A stretch of DNA of 64,000 nt from Gemmatimonadaceae bacterium. GTDB lineage: Bacteria > Gemmatimonadota > Gemmatimonadetes > Gemmatimonadales > Gemmatimonadaceae. Where the stretch lies: the NCBI GenBank assembly GCA_045803545.1, contig JBJMOW010000005.1:608001-672000 (forward strand), read 5' to 3'. The notes beneath the pieces were generated by a model that saw only the letters and a list, made by a program, of their open reading frames with translations, ran no database searches and was not told where the DNA came from. Each line of letters starts with the position of its first letter. Within the stretch, counting starts at the first letter, position 1. Shown piece after piece: positions 9,845 through 19,009 of this stretch. Made by a program: the position numbers and the translations under genes.

Positions 9845-10672
9845 TTAGCCCTGCTTTGCACCTCGGTCAAGTTGAGCGACCAGTGGCTTGAGTCCCTTCC
9901 ACACATTGTCCGCCACGATCTTTTCTCCGGTGACGTTCGGATGAACTCCATCGGCCTGATTGAGTCGCGGAATTCCTGCTACCCCCGCCAGCAGAAACGG
10001 TAGCAGAGGCAAGCCTTCTTTCGCCGCGACTTCGGAATAAATCCGCCTGAAGCTGGACGTGTACGAAACGCCATAATTTGGCGGCGCTTCCATCTGAATC
10101 AACGCGATCTTCGCAGTCGGTTGCCGATGCCGAACTGCCGCGATCAACTGCTCAAGATTCGCCTTGGCAGCCGCCGTCGACAGTCCGCGCAAAGCGTCGT
10201 TCGCACCTGCCTCGATGACAACGAGATCGGCCGGCGTGCGAAGCACCCAGTCGATGCGTCGCACGGCACCGGCTGTCGTCTCGCCGGATAGCCCGGCGTT
10301 CACAGTCTTGATCGCAACTCCTTCGGAACGCGCCTTCTCTTCGATCAGCGTGGGGAAGGCCTGATCGGGATTCAATCCATAGCCCGCCGTCAGACTCGTT
10401 CCAAAGAACAAGACCACCGGCGTGCGCGTCCCTCCAGACCCGCGCGGTGAATTACTTCCTGACTCTTCTACGCTCGCTGCAGCCGACTCCGATCGTACCG
10501 CGGATGACTTCGACGTCCCCATGTTATTCTTCGACACTCCAGTTGCGTTTCCATTTTGAACGTTGGCGGCCGAACCAGAACCGCACGCGACGATTGTTCC
10601 GAGCGCGCCGATCGCAACTACGCGCTGGATTTTCCGTAATTGAAGAATGTGGGCCACTAACGCCTGATTCAT
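9845..10672 (-). CDS. tesA: GDSL/SGNH arylesterase (TesA-like) lipoprotein
   Basis: FFGTSLTAGYG, NAGLSGETT, GANDALRG and DGVHPN blocks; lipobox-like IVACG. In-frame ATG at 10672; start not certain. Confidence 0.88.
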   Translation of the reverse strand: MNQALVAHILQLRKIQRVVAIGALGTIVACGSGSAANVQNGNATGVSKNNMGTSKSSAVRSESAAASVEESGSNSPRGSGGTRTPVVLFFGTSLTAGYGLNPDQAFPTLIEEKARSEGVAIKTVNAGLSGETTAGAVRRIDWVLRTPADLVVIEAGANDALRGLSTAAAKANLEQLIAAVRHRQPTAKIALIQMEAPPNYGVSYTSSFRRIYSEVAAKEGLPLLPFLLAGVAGIPRLNQADGVHPNVTGEKIVADNVWKGLKPLVAQLDRGAKQG

Positions 10673-11396
10673 GCTGATTGCTCGCGAAGTAACCAAAGAA
10701 TACATGAGTGGCGGCCAAAAACTGGCTGTCCTGCGTGATGTGTCGTTCACCATCCAGGAAGGTGAGTTTGTCGCAATCGTCGGACCCTCCGGCAGCGGCA
10801 AGACGACACTGCTTGGCCTGCTCGCTGGACTTGATACCCCGACACATGGCAGCGTGCTCCTCGACGAGTCAGATCTTACGCGACTTTCCGAGAATGACCG
10901 GGCACGACTCCGCGGCGAGAAAGTCGGTTTCGTCTTTCAGACATTTCAGCTGATACCAACCCTTACCGCGCTCGAGAATGTGCAGGTTCCTCTGGAGCTG
11001 CGCGGAACCGCGGGCGCTGTCGAACGCGCGCGGGACCTGATCAACCGCGTTGGACTCAGCGATCGTGGACACCACTTCCCCACTCAACTCTCGGGCGGCG
11101 AGCAGCAACGAGTCGCGATCGCCCGCGCCTTCGCCAATTCACCGAAGATTCTGTTCGCCGACGAGCCAACCGGAAATCTCGACCACGTGACGGGGGAACG
11201 AATCTTCGATCTGCTGCATCACCTCAATGCGGACGAAGGCTCGACAATCGTCCTCGTGACTCACGACTCCAACCTCGCCGCTCGTGCATCGCGCGTCATC
11301 AGATTGCTGGACGGCGCTGTGGTCGAGGACACGGGAAGTTCGGCTGTGACTAATGGCGTAACGACGTCCCACGCAACGCGCGCTACAGGCTCGTGA
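10671..11396 (+). CDS. ybbA: ABC transporter ATP-binding protein (YbbA/LolD-like)
   Basis: Walker [28 protein letters not shown]; lies between a tesA-like and a ybbP-like gene. Confidence 0.9.
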   Translation: MLIAREVTKEYMSGGQKLAVLRDVSFTIQEGEFVAIVGPSGSGKTTLLGLLAGLDTPTHGSVLLDESDLTRLSENDRARLRGEKVGFVFQTFQLIPTLTALENVQVPLELRGTAGAVERARDLINRVGLSDRGHHFPTQLSGGEQQRVAIARAFANSPKILFADEPTGNLDHVTGERIFDLLHHLNADEGSTIVLVTHDSNLAARASRVIRLLDGAVVEDTGSSAVTNGVTTSHATRATGS

Positions 11397-13954
11397 CGAT
11401 CTTTTCGCGCAGCATCTGGAGTCTCGCCTGGCGAGAGAGTCGCACCGCGCGCCGACGGCTATTGCTCTACATGTCGTCGATCTCGCTTGGCGTTGCGGCG
11501 CTTGTCGCGATCGACTCCTTCGCCGGCAATATCACTCAATCGGTCAAAGATCAGTCGCGCGCGCTGATGGGCGGCGATATCTCCTTCAACTCCTCGAAGC
11601 CGATTCCACCGGTCATCGACTCGCTCTTCGATTCGCTGTCACACCGCGGCCTTTCGTTTGCTCGGGTCACGACGTTTCCTTCAATGGCTGTCGTTCCACG
11701 CACCGCGGGCACCCGCTTCGCCCAGGTTCGCGGTGTGACGGAGAACTACCCGTTCTACGGCAACATCGTGACGGAACCGGTGGGTGCATGGCGCAACCTC
11801 CAGAGTGGCGCCAACGCCATTGTCGATCCGGGCCTCCTCACCTCCCTCAATGCCCGAGTCGGTGACACACTGAGACTCGGTTTCGGCACCTTCACCATCA
11901 TCGCATCGATCAAAGACCTTCCCGGGGCCGCTGGGATCGCGGAGATGCTGGGGCCGCGAGTTTTCATTCCCGCGCGGTACATTGCCGAAACGCAGTTGCT
12001 CGTTTTCGGCAGCACCGCCGATCGGAGTGTGCTCGCAAAACTTCCTGCCGGCACCGACCCCGACAAGTTCATCAAGCCCTTGAGCAAACGGTTCGGGCAG
12101 CAGCAGATCCGAGTGCGCACGGTGACGCAAACTGAAATGCAAACCGCCGACGCAATCGAAAATTTGTCAAACTTCATCGGTATCGTCGGTCTGGTCGCCT
12201 TGCTCCTTGGCGGAATCGGTGTCGCGAGCGGAGTTCGGGCGTTCGTCGAGCGCAAGATCGATACTGTGGCCGTGATGCGCTGCCTCGGCGCCTCGAGTGG
12301 GCAGGTACTGGCGATCTACGTCGCTCAGGCCGCAGCAATGGGACTGATTGGCGCTGCTGCTGGTGCAGCACTCGGTGTGGCAGTCCAATTCATCCTGCCC
12401 CATGCCCTGACGGATTTCCTGCCCGTCGATGTCCACGTCTCGCTGGTGCCGTCGGCCGTATTGACCGGATTGGGGGTCGGCGGCTGGATCGCGCTGGTGT
12501 TCGCGCTGCGTCCGCTGCTCGCGCTGCGCAATGTCTCACCGCTGCAGACACTGCGTCGCGATACCGACTCCGAGGTCCTGCGCCTGCGCTGGAGCGATGC
12601 GCCGCGACTGCTTATCGATGCGGCGCTGGTTGTGAGCGTAGTCGGAATCGCGTTAACTCGCGCGCGGACACCAAGACAGGCATTGGGCATGAGCGCTGCG
12701 ACGGGCGCTGCGATTCTGGCGCTGGCAATTAGCGCCGCACTTCTCTCGTGGGCTGCTCGCAGAGGTTTGCGCACTCGCTGGCCTTACGTCGTGCGTCAGG
12801 GCGTTGCCAATCTTTATCGCCCAGGCAATCAGACGCGCGCGGTCGTTCTCGCCCTCGGTTTCGGGGCTTTTCTCGTCAGTACACTATACCTGGTGCAGCA
12901 CAATATTTTGCGGCGCTTCACAACAGCACAGGCTGAGGCGCGCGGCAACGTCGTGTTTTTCGATGTGCAGCAAGACCAGCATATCGGTGTTGATTCGATC
13001 GTTCGCGCAAATCATTACGACGTCGTCCAAGAGGCGCCGGTAGTGACGATGCGAATCGCATCGATCAACGGTAAGAGCGTTGCCGACATGGCACCGGCGC
13101 AGGGCCAGCGAGGCGGACGCGCGGGGTGGGCGCTGCGTCGCGAATTCCGATCGACGTATCGTGACAAGCCGGCTGCCAGCGAAGCCATTGTCGCCGGCAA
13201 GTGGTTCAGTGCAGCCTCGCTAAAACAAGCGCCCGATACGGGAGAGATTTCTCTCGAAGACGGAATCGCCGACGAGCTCAAGGTGAAGCTCGGCGACGTC
13301 ATTACGTGGAACGTGCAGGGGGTCGAGATCCCGACACGCATCACGAGCCTCCGCAAAGTCACCTGGACTCGGTTCGAGCCGAACTTCTTCGTGGTGTTCC
13401 CCCCGCCAGTGCTGCGGGGCGCGCCGAACCAGTACATCCTTCTTGCCCAGGTGAGAGATCCGAATGCCGTTCCGCTGTTGCAGCGCGCGGTGGTAAATCG
13501 ATTCCCCAATGTTTCGAGCATCGATCTGACCGCGATCAAGAAGACGGTCGACCGGATCGTTTCTCGCGTGTCACTGGCGATCCGTTTCATCGCACTCTTC
13601 AGTCTTGCCGTGGCAATTCCGGTTTTGTTCAGCGCCGTGTCGGCAACCCGGCGCGCCCGTGTGCGCGAAGGCGTGCTCCTCAAAACGCTGGGTGCAACCC
13701 GCGGCCAGATCGCTCGCATTCTACTCGCGGAATATTCGCTGCTTGGCCTGCTCGGCGGTCTGACGGGTATGTTGCTCTCGGTTGCCGGTGGCTGGGCGGT
13801 GGTCCGCTACATCTTCAAAGCCCCGTTCGGAACACCGGTTGGCCCGGTACTGGGCATAGCGCTGATCGTTGTCGGACTGACGCTGCTGATTGGGTTGCTT
13901 GCCGGTCGCGATGTTTTCCGGGAGACACCGATCGCCGCGCTTCGAGACGCGTAA
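11393..13954 (+). CDS. ybbP: ABC transporter permease (YbbP/FtsX-like, two permease domains)
   Basis: AWRESR, two FtsX-like TM clusters (RCLGAS, KTLGAT), NVVFFDVQ, PNFFVVF. Confidence 0.88.
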   Translation: MTIFSRSIWSLAWRESRTARRRLLLYMSSISLGVAALVAIDSFAGNITQSVKDQSRALMGGDISFNSSKPIPPVIDSLFDSLSHRGLSFARVTTFPSMAVVPRTAGTRFAQVRGVTENYPFYGNIVTEPVGAWRNLQSGANAIVDPGLLTSLNARVGDTLRLGFGTFTIIASIKDLPGAAGIAEMLGPRVFIPARYIAETQLLVFGSTADRSVLAKLPAGTDPDKFIKPLSKRFGQQQIRVRTVTQTEMQTADAIENLSNFIGIVGLVALLLGGIGVASGVRAFVERKIDTVAVMRCLGASSGQVLAIYVAQAAAMGLIGAAAGAALGVAVQFILPHALTDFLPVDVHVSLVPSAVLTGLGVGGWIALVFALRPLLALRNVSPLQTLRRDTDSEVLRLRWSDAPRLLIDAALVVSVVGIALTRARTPRQALGMSAATGAAILALAISAALLSWAARRGLRTRWPYVVRQGVANLYRPGNQTRAVVLALGFGAFLVSTLYLVQHNILRRFTTAQAEARGNVVFFDVQQDQHIGVDSIVRANHYDVVQEAPVVTMRIASINGKSVADMAPAQGQRGGRAGWALRREFRSTYRDKPAASEAIVAGKWFSAASLKQAPDTGEISLEDGIADELKVKLGDVITWNVQGVEIPTRITSLRKVTWTRFEPNFFVVFPPPVLRGAPNQYILLAQVRDPNAVPLLQRAVVNRFPNVSSIDLTAIKKTVDRIVSRVSLAIRFIALFSLAVAIPVLFSAVSATRRARVREGVLLKTLGATRGQIARILLAEYSLLGLLGGLTGMLLSVAGGWAVVRYIFKAPFGTPVGPVLGIALIVVGLTLLIGLLAGRDVFRETPIAALRDA

Positions 13955-13958
13955 ATGC

Positions 13959-13996
13959 AAAAACGGGCCGCGAGATTCGCGGCCCGTTTTCTTTTT
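13959..13996. terminator. Bidirectional intrinsic terminator
   Basis: AAAACGGGCCGCGA-GAT-TCGCGGCCCGTTTT between convergent genes. Confidence 0.85.
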
Positions 13997-14008
13997 CGAT
14001 TTTGGTTA

Positions 14009-15802
14009 TTACTGCACTCGTAAAACGTAGATGTGTTCGCCAGTAAAGTTTGCGTTATTGCCCTGGGCGTCGACGATCTTTACGGTCTTGGTTCCCGCAC
14101 CCGAGGACACCGACAGTCGGTAGTACGTTCCGCTGCCTGAGTGATTCGTTCCGCTGAGGTTGTCGGTCCCCGATCCGATCGACTGCACGGTCAGCGGATA
14201 TGATGCCGTCGACTGATTCAGAACCGACCGGGCAACGGGCGGCATCACACTGCGGAAGTTGTAGCTCTTATACTGGTACTTCGGATCCAGTCCGGCGATG
14301 CCGAGGTGGTCCGCGTACATGGAGACGAGCCACCCTTTGACCAGCGTATCGACGGGTGCTTTGGTTGCCGAGGTGAAATTTTTCACGCCGGTGTCGGGTC
14401 CGGCGGCGAGAGTGCGCGTGAGCGCGCGCGGATCACCGTTTGAATAGTTGTCTGCCGCGTATCGAACGATCGCCCATGCAGCACCGCGAACCGCGAGACT
14501 GGTGTCCGCCATTTTCATGAACGGGGCGTACTGATCCGGATCGACCATCCAATCGGTAAGCCTCGCCAGATTCTGGAAGAAGAAAGCGTTAAAGTCATTC
14601 GCCTGCGCGCAAGGTGAATTGCAAGGTAGAACGTCCTGGAACGTCAACGTCTGCAGATCGCCGAAGCCGCGAGAGACGCGACCGACTGCATCTTCCGCAA
14701 AGTGAGCCAACGCTTCGTCAAGCCATGTCGCCTCGAAGCTGCTGACCGCCGGATTGAAGTAACGGTTGCCCGCGTTGATCATGTGCTGGAACTCGTGCGC
14801 GATGGTGCCGCGCGTTCCCTGGCGCACCGAGCTGGTCGAGCGAACGTTTCCAAAGCGCCCAGTCGGATCGGGAGACAGCAAATAGAAAATCTCGCCTTCA
14901 TTGCTCTCGGCGCAGAACGAACCCGGCCCGCCGCCCTGATCGGTCGCCGGGAAAATGTCGCCGGCAAAGAAAAATCCTCCGACGAATCCGCCCTGAGTAT
15001 TCGGCGGGGTCAGCTTGTTGATCTGGCCGGTGTAAAACAGTACGACGTGTCCATTGGCGTCGATGTCAGTCGGTTTTCCGTAATAGGAGCTGTCGGTCGG
15101 ATAAGTGACGTTGTCGAATTCCGCCGTAATGGAATCAAGCGTCGTTTGCGGGAACAACACCGTCGGTGGCGCCCCCTGAAGGTCGAGAGTATCGATAGCG
15201 AGAATGGCGCGCCGGCTTACAGACGCCACGACCGCCTGTGTCGGGATGAAGTTATCGCAGAGGTTGTTCGTCGAGCCATCGGGGACCTTGACGTTGATCA
15301 CGTCGCCCACGTTTGGTACTGGCGAAGCAACCACCTGAGAGCTGCGCCGGATCGAGAAGCGCGAAGATGGGACGACACCGGTTCGCGAGCGCAGGGTCAA
15401 ATGGGATCTCTCGAACGCGCGAACTTTGTTGTCAGCGGCCTGTTGAGCGGTTCGGGCGAGCGGCACCGCCTGAAGCTGGCGGCTCGATTGCGCCGCCATG
15501 TCGGCGGCCACTTCGATGCCGAAGGTACCAGTCGGCGAGCGGTCAGCCTTGACCGTGTAGTTCGCAGCGACTGCGTCGGGCAGCGTACTGGTGTTGCCGA
15601 CAATTACGATGTAATCGCGATTGCTGGAGGTCGACGGAAGGGTGATACCATTCGGAATGTCGGTGGGCTTCAGTACCCGCACCTCGCCGACGCCCAGGCT
15701 GCTGATATCACTGGGGGTCGTATTCGGGCCCGTCCCGCCGTCTCCGCCACCGCCGCAAGCAGCGGCAAAAAGCAAGGCTACAGGTGCTAGTCTCTTGATC
15801 AC
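14009..15802 (-). CDS. Lipoprotein zinc metallopeptidase (M30/hyicolysin-like)
   Basis: GTG at 15802, lipobox FAAAC, TIAHEFQHMI plus WLDEALAH zincin ligands, DIDANG, GGFFFAGD, SNEGEIFYL. Confidence 0.8.
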   Translation of the reverse strand: MIKRLAPVALLFAAACGGGGDGGTGPNTTPSDISSLGVGEVRVLKPTDIPNGITLPSTSSNRDYIVIVGNTSTLPDAVAANYTVKADRSPTGTFGIEVAADMAAQSSRQLQAVPLARTAQQAADNKVRAFERSHLTLRSRTGVVPSSRFSIRRSSQVVASPVPNVGDVINVKVPDGSTNNLCDNFIPTQAVVASVSRRAILAIDTLDLQGAPPTVLFPQTTLDSITAEFDNVTYPTDSSYYGKPTDIDANGHVVLFYTGQINKLTPPNTQGGFVGGFFFAGDIFPATDQGGGPGSFCAESNEGEIFYLLSPDPTGRFGNVRSTSSVRQGTRGTIAHEFQHMINAGNRYFNPAVSSFEATWLDEALAHFAEDAVGRVSRGFGDLQTLTFQDVLPCNSPCAQANDFNAFFFQNLARLTDWMVDPDQYAPFMKMADTSLAVRGAAWAIVRYAADNYSNGDPRALTRTLAAGPDTGVKNFTSATKAPVDTLVKGWLVSMYADHLGIAGLDPKYQYKSYNFRSVMPPVARSVLNQSTASYPLTVQSIGSGTDNLSGTNHSGSGTYYRLSVSSGAGTKTVKIVDAQGNNANFTGEHIYVLRVQ

Positions 15803-15979
15803 TCGAAAGCTCCTAGGGTGGTTCCGGCCAGAATCGAGGCTCGAAATGTCTGCTTTATTACCCATACTAGCAGAAAAAGGGCCGGGCCGATGATGGGTCA
15901 AAGGTAAGTGCCTGACCCCTAATGATTGGGACATAACTACGCCGGTAACACCGGACGTCGTGTGGACGTCACCATTTGC

Positions 15980-16014
15980 TTGCTCAATGTCCAAGTCATT
16001 TATAGACTCTGAGC
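15980..16014 (+). promoter_or_regulatory. Sigma70-type promoter of a leaderless marR
   Basis: TTGCTC-17 nt-TAGACT-6 nt-ATG; no Shine-Dalgarno sequence. Confidence 0.65.
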
Positions 16015-16488
16015 ATGGCGTCCGCGCAAAAGCCGCATCCACAGAAACCGCCAGAAATCTTCCGCTCGCGCGAGCAGCAAGCGACGCTTGGTCTGTTACG
16101 CACTGCGGACGCGGTCAAGCGCAGTTTGGCGCAGGTGATCGAGCCACATGGAATCACACCGCAGCAGTACAACGTGCTGCGAATACTGCGCGGCGCGGGC
16201 CCTGACGGCTTACCCACGTTGAGCATCGGCGAGCGCATGATCGAGCAGACTCCCGGAGTCACCCGACTCGTCGACCGGCTCGAGCGCAAAGAGCTGGTCG
16301 AGCGCACTCCCTGTCCAAAGGATCGACGGCGCGTGTTTTGTCGCATCACGCAAAAAGGGCTAGACCTGTTAAAAGAGTTGGATGACCCGGTCAATCGGTG
16401 GGATGCGCAGGCAGTAGCCGTTCTACCGCCCTCCGAGCTCGACTCGCTGATCAATCTTCTCGACCGCGTCCGCGCGTCGAACTACTAG
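16015..16488 (+). CDS. MarR-family transcriptional regulator
   Basis: GITPQQYNVLRILRG, VTRLVDRLERKELVER, DRRRV. Confidence 0.95.
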   Translation: MASAQKPHPQKPPEIFRSREQQATLGLLRTADAVKRSLAQVIEPHGITPQQYNVLRILRGAGPDGLPTLSIGERMIEQTPGVTRLVDRLERKELVERTPCPKDRRRVFCRITQKGLDLLKELDDPVNRWDAQAVAVLPPSELDSLINLLDRVRASNY

Positions 16489-16597
16489 AAGACACTCTTA
16501 ACGACGGCGCACCTACAGATAGGTTGGGCGATCGTTGCCTAGTCAACCACTCTGGCTGACGGACTATGGTCGATGCTCCACAATCTTACGACGTGAT

Positions 16598-17365
16598 CTA
16601 GCGAAGCACTCCGATTCGTCTGCCCGCCTCTTCGACCGCCGAGAACAGCTGATCGAACGACTCGACCACGAACAGAACATCCTGGAAATGGTCGATCTCG
16701 AATGGCTGATTGAATACCGCATCGAGTGAGAACGAGCGCCTATCACACTTCGGACCGAGTGCATTGGCGGCGTCGCCATGGGACGAGATGAGGCCGGAGC
16801 CGTACACCTTCACCTGATTGTCTTCGCGAATCAATCCGAACTCCACCGTGAACCAGAACAGCCGCGCCATCCGCGTGGTGTCTTCCTCACTCTCGGCCTG
16901 CGCTGCTACCTGGCCATAGTGCTGGAGGAAATCGGCAAAGACCGGATCGGCGTGAAGCGGAACATGGCCGAAGACGTCGTGAAAAATGTCGGGCTCGGGC
17001 AGGTAGTCGAGCTGTTCGCGTTTCCGAATCGTAACAGTGGTAGGAAACTTTCTGAGAGAGAGGCATTGGAAGAACGCTTTGGCCGGGATGTACCCGCTCA
17101 CCGGAACCGCTTCCCATCCCGTCGGCGGAGCAAGTCGTCGATTGACTTCGGCTAGATCCGGAACCGTTTCCTTCTTCAAGCCAATCGTGTCAGCGCCTTT
17201 CAGAAAGATTCTGCTGCCATTCTTCCTCAGCTGATTCATGCGCCGTTCGTAAAGCATTCCCCAGACTTCATGGTCCTCCCTGGTATAGGAGTTCCAATTT
17301 TGCTTTATGAAAACGGAGGGATCTTCTACGAGATCGTAGAGCTCCGCGGTCGAATGACGTTCCAA
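16598..17365 (-). CDS. phhA: Phenylalanine 4-hydroxylase
   Basis: YLPEPDIFHDVFGHVP, WFTVEFGL and YGSGLISS biopterin-dependent hydroxylase motifs. Confidence 0.93.
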   Translation of the reverse strand: MERHSTAELYDLVEDPSVFIKQNWNSYTREDHEVWGMLYERRMNQLRKNGSRIFLKGADTIGLKKETVPDLAEVNRRLAPPTGWEAVPVSGYIPAKAFFQCLSLRKFPTTVTIRKREQLDYLPEPDIFHDVFGHVPLHADPVFADFLQHYGQVAAQAESEEDTTRMARLFWFTVEFGLIREDNQVKVYGSGLISSHGDAANALGPKCDRRSFSLDAVFNQPFEIDHFQDVLFVVESFDQLFSAVEEAGRRIGVLR

Positions 17366-17407
17366 GGTAAGCCCCCTTTGCGATACGCTTACGATCGCAA
17401 CCGAAAG

Positions 17408-18823
17408 CTAATTCTCGGTAGCTGGGGCTGAAAGCTTAGCGCTGGTGTGTTTGCGCAACGGCAGCGTCAGTGTGAATACCGAGCCGACACTCAGTCGACT
17501 CGTCGCGCGCACATCGCCGCCCATTGCGCGCGCCAGATCCCGGCTGATCGCGAGACCGAGGCCTGTGCCGCCACTCGGCATAGAGCCGGGCGCGCGCACC
17601 TGAACGAAGGGCTCAAAGATCTCTTCGATCTTTTCCTCCGGAACTCCCGAGCCGGTGTCGCGGACGCGAACCATGACGGTGTCGTTCTCAACTCGCCAAT
17701 CGAGCTCGACCGAACCGCCAGGCGGAGTGAACTTCACCGCGTTCGCCAGCAAGTTGACGACGATCTGCTGAACCTTCTCGCGATCGGCAAATACAGTCAG
17801 CGCCGAGTCGCCTGGCCGGTGCGTGTAGAGAACTCCCTTCTTGGCGAACTGCGGCGCGACGAGAGACTCTGCGCCGCGCAGTGTCTCTTCGATCGGAATC
17901 TCCGCCATCGAGAGCTCAACCAGCCCGCCTTCGAGTTTTGCGAAATCGAGAATCATGTTGACGAGCGTCATCAGGTGCTCCTGCGCCTGATGGATGCGGT
18001 CCACATCCTTGCGCTGGTCCTCGTTCAGTCCGCCGTGAATGTTCTGCTGGAGAATCTCGAGGTACCCAGACACCGCGTGCAGCGGCGTGCGGAACTCGTG
18101 GCTGAGACGCGCGAACAGCTCCGACTTGATTCGATTTGCCGCTTCCGCTTCCTTGCGCGCCGCCTGTTCGCCTGCGAGAGCGATCTCGAGCTCGCGGGTT
18201 CTCTGAGCGACGCGGGCGTTGAGCGATCGGTTGAGCGCCAGCATGCTTTCTTCTCTGTCTCGGCTAATGCTCATATCGCGTAGCAGCCAGCAATAGCTTT
18301 CGTGCCCGGCATGCGCCGGGATCGCCGCAACGGTCGTCTCGACGGCCAGCGTCCGCCCATCACGCGTGCTCAGATCGATCAGGATGCGATCGCGCACAGT
18401 GCTACCAAGCGCACGCAAGTGCGCTCGGAATTCAGGGCGGGTACGGATGTCGACGAAGTTGATCATCGGCTTGCCGATCAGCAGCACGGCGGGCACACCG
18501 AGAAATTCGGCGGCTGCAGTGTTGGCCTGTTCGATCGTGCCGCTGGAGTCGGTGACGAGGTATGGATCCGGGGCGAATTCGAACAACGCGCGGTAGCGAT
18601 TTCGCTCGACTTCTAGCTGGCGCTGCGCATCCTGGATTGCGTCTTGTTGGGCGCGGAGCTCCTCTTCGGCGACACTCAGCTCCTCGTAGGCCGTTAACAG
18701 GCGCTCGTGCGCCTCCTCAACGGAAATCCCCTCGGATGCATAGCGCGTTCGGGTGTCGCGCGCGAGCTCGACGAAGTCCGTGAAACGAGCAATGTCTTCC
18801 CTACTCGGCAGCGGCTCAGTCAA
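17408..18823 (-). CDS. PAS-domain histidine kinase
   Basis: Coiled coil, PAS (LFEFAPDPYLVTD), [24 protein letters not shown]. Confidence 0.93.
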   Translation of the reverse strand: MTEPLPSREDIARFTDFVELARDTRTRYASEGISVEEAHERLLTAYEELSVAEEELRAQQDAIQDAQRQLEVERNRYRALFEFAPDPYLVTDSSGTIEQANTAAAEFLGVPAVLLIGKPMINFVDIRTRPEFRAHLRALGSTVRDRILIDLSTRDGRTLAVETTVAAIPAHAGHESYCWLLRDMSISRDREESMLALNRSLNARVAQRTRELEIALAGEQAARKEAEAANRIKSELFARLSHEFRTPLHAVSGYLEILQQNIHGGLNEDQRKDVDRIHQAQEHLMTLVNMILDFAKLEGGLVELSMAEIPIEETLRGAESLVAPQFAKKGVLYTHRPGDSALTVFADREKVQQIVVNLLANAVKFTPPGGSVELDWRVENDTVMVRVRDTGSGVPEEKIEEIFEPFVQVRAPGSMPSGGTGLGLAISRDLARAMGGDVRATSRLSVGSVFTLTLPLRKHTSAKLSAPATEN

Positions 18824-19009
18824 TGATGTGCATGCGAAGGTGAAACGCCTTTGACTCCCAAACAGATGGTTTCAGCGCACATCCACGCTAACGGTAAATC
18901 ATGACAGCGCAAGAGGTAAACTGCGTTGCGCCGTCAGAATGTGACCTGATCCTGACGAGTTGCTTACGCGCCACGAGCCAACTGTGATGCAAACACGAAT
19001 CACGACCGG

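Noticed and set aside
14702..15790. Long antisense or alternate-frame ORFs (e.g. 14702-15790, 52102-53178, 5073-5936, 46567-47412)
   Set aside because: They are shadows of well-supported genes in GC-rich DNA and carry no motifs.
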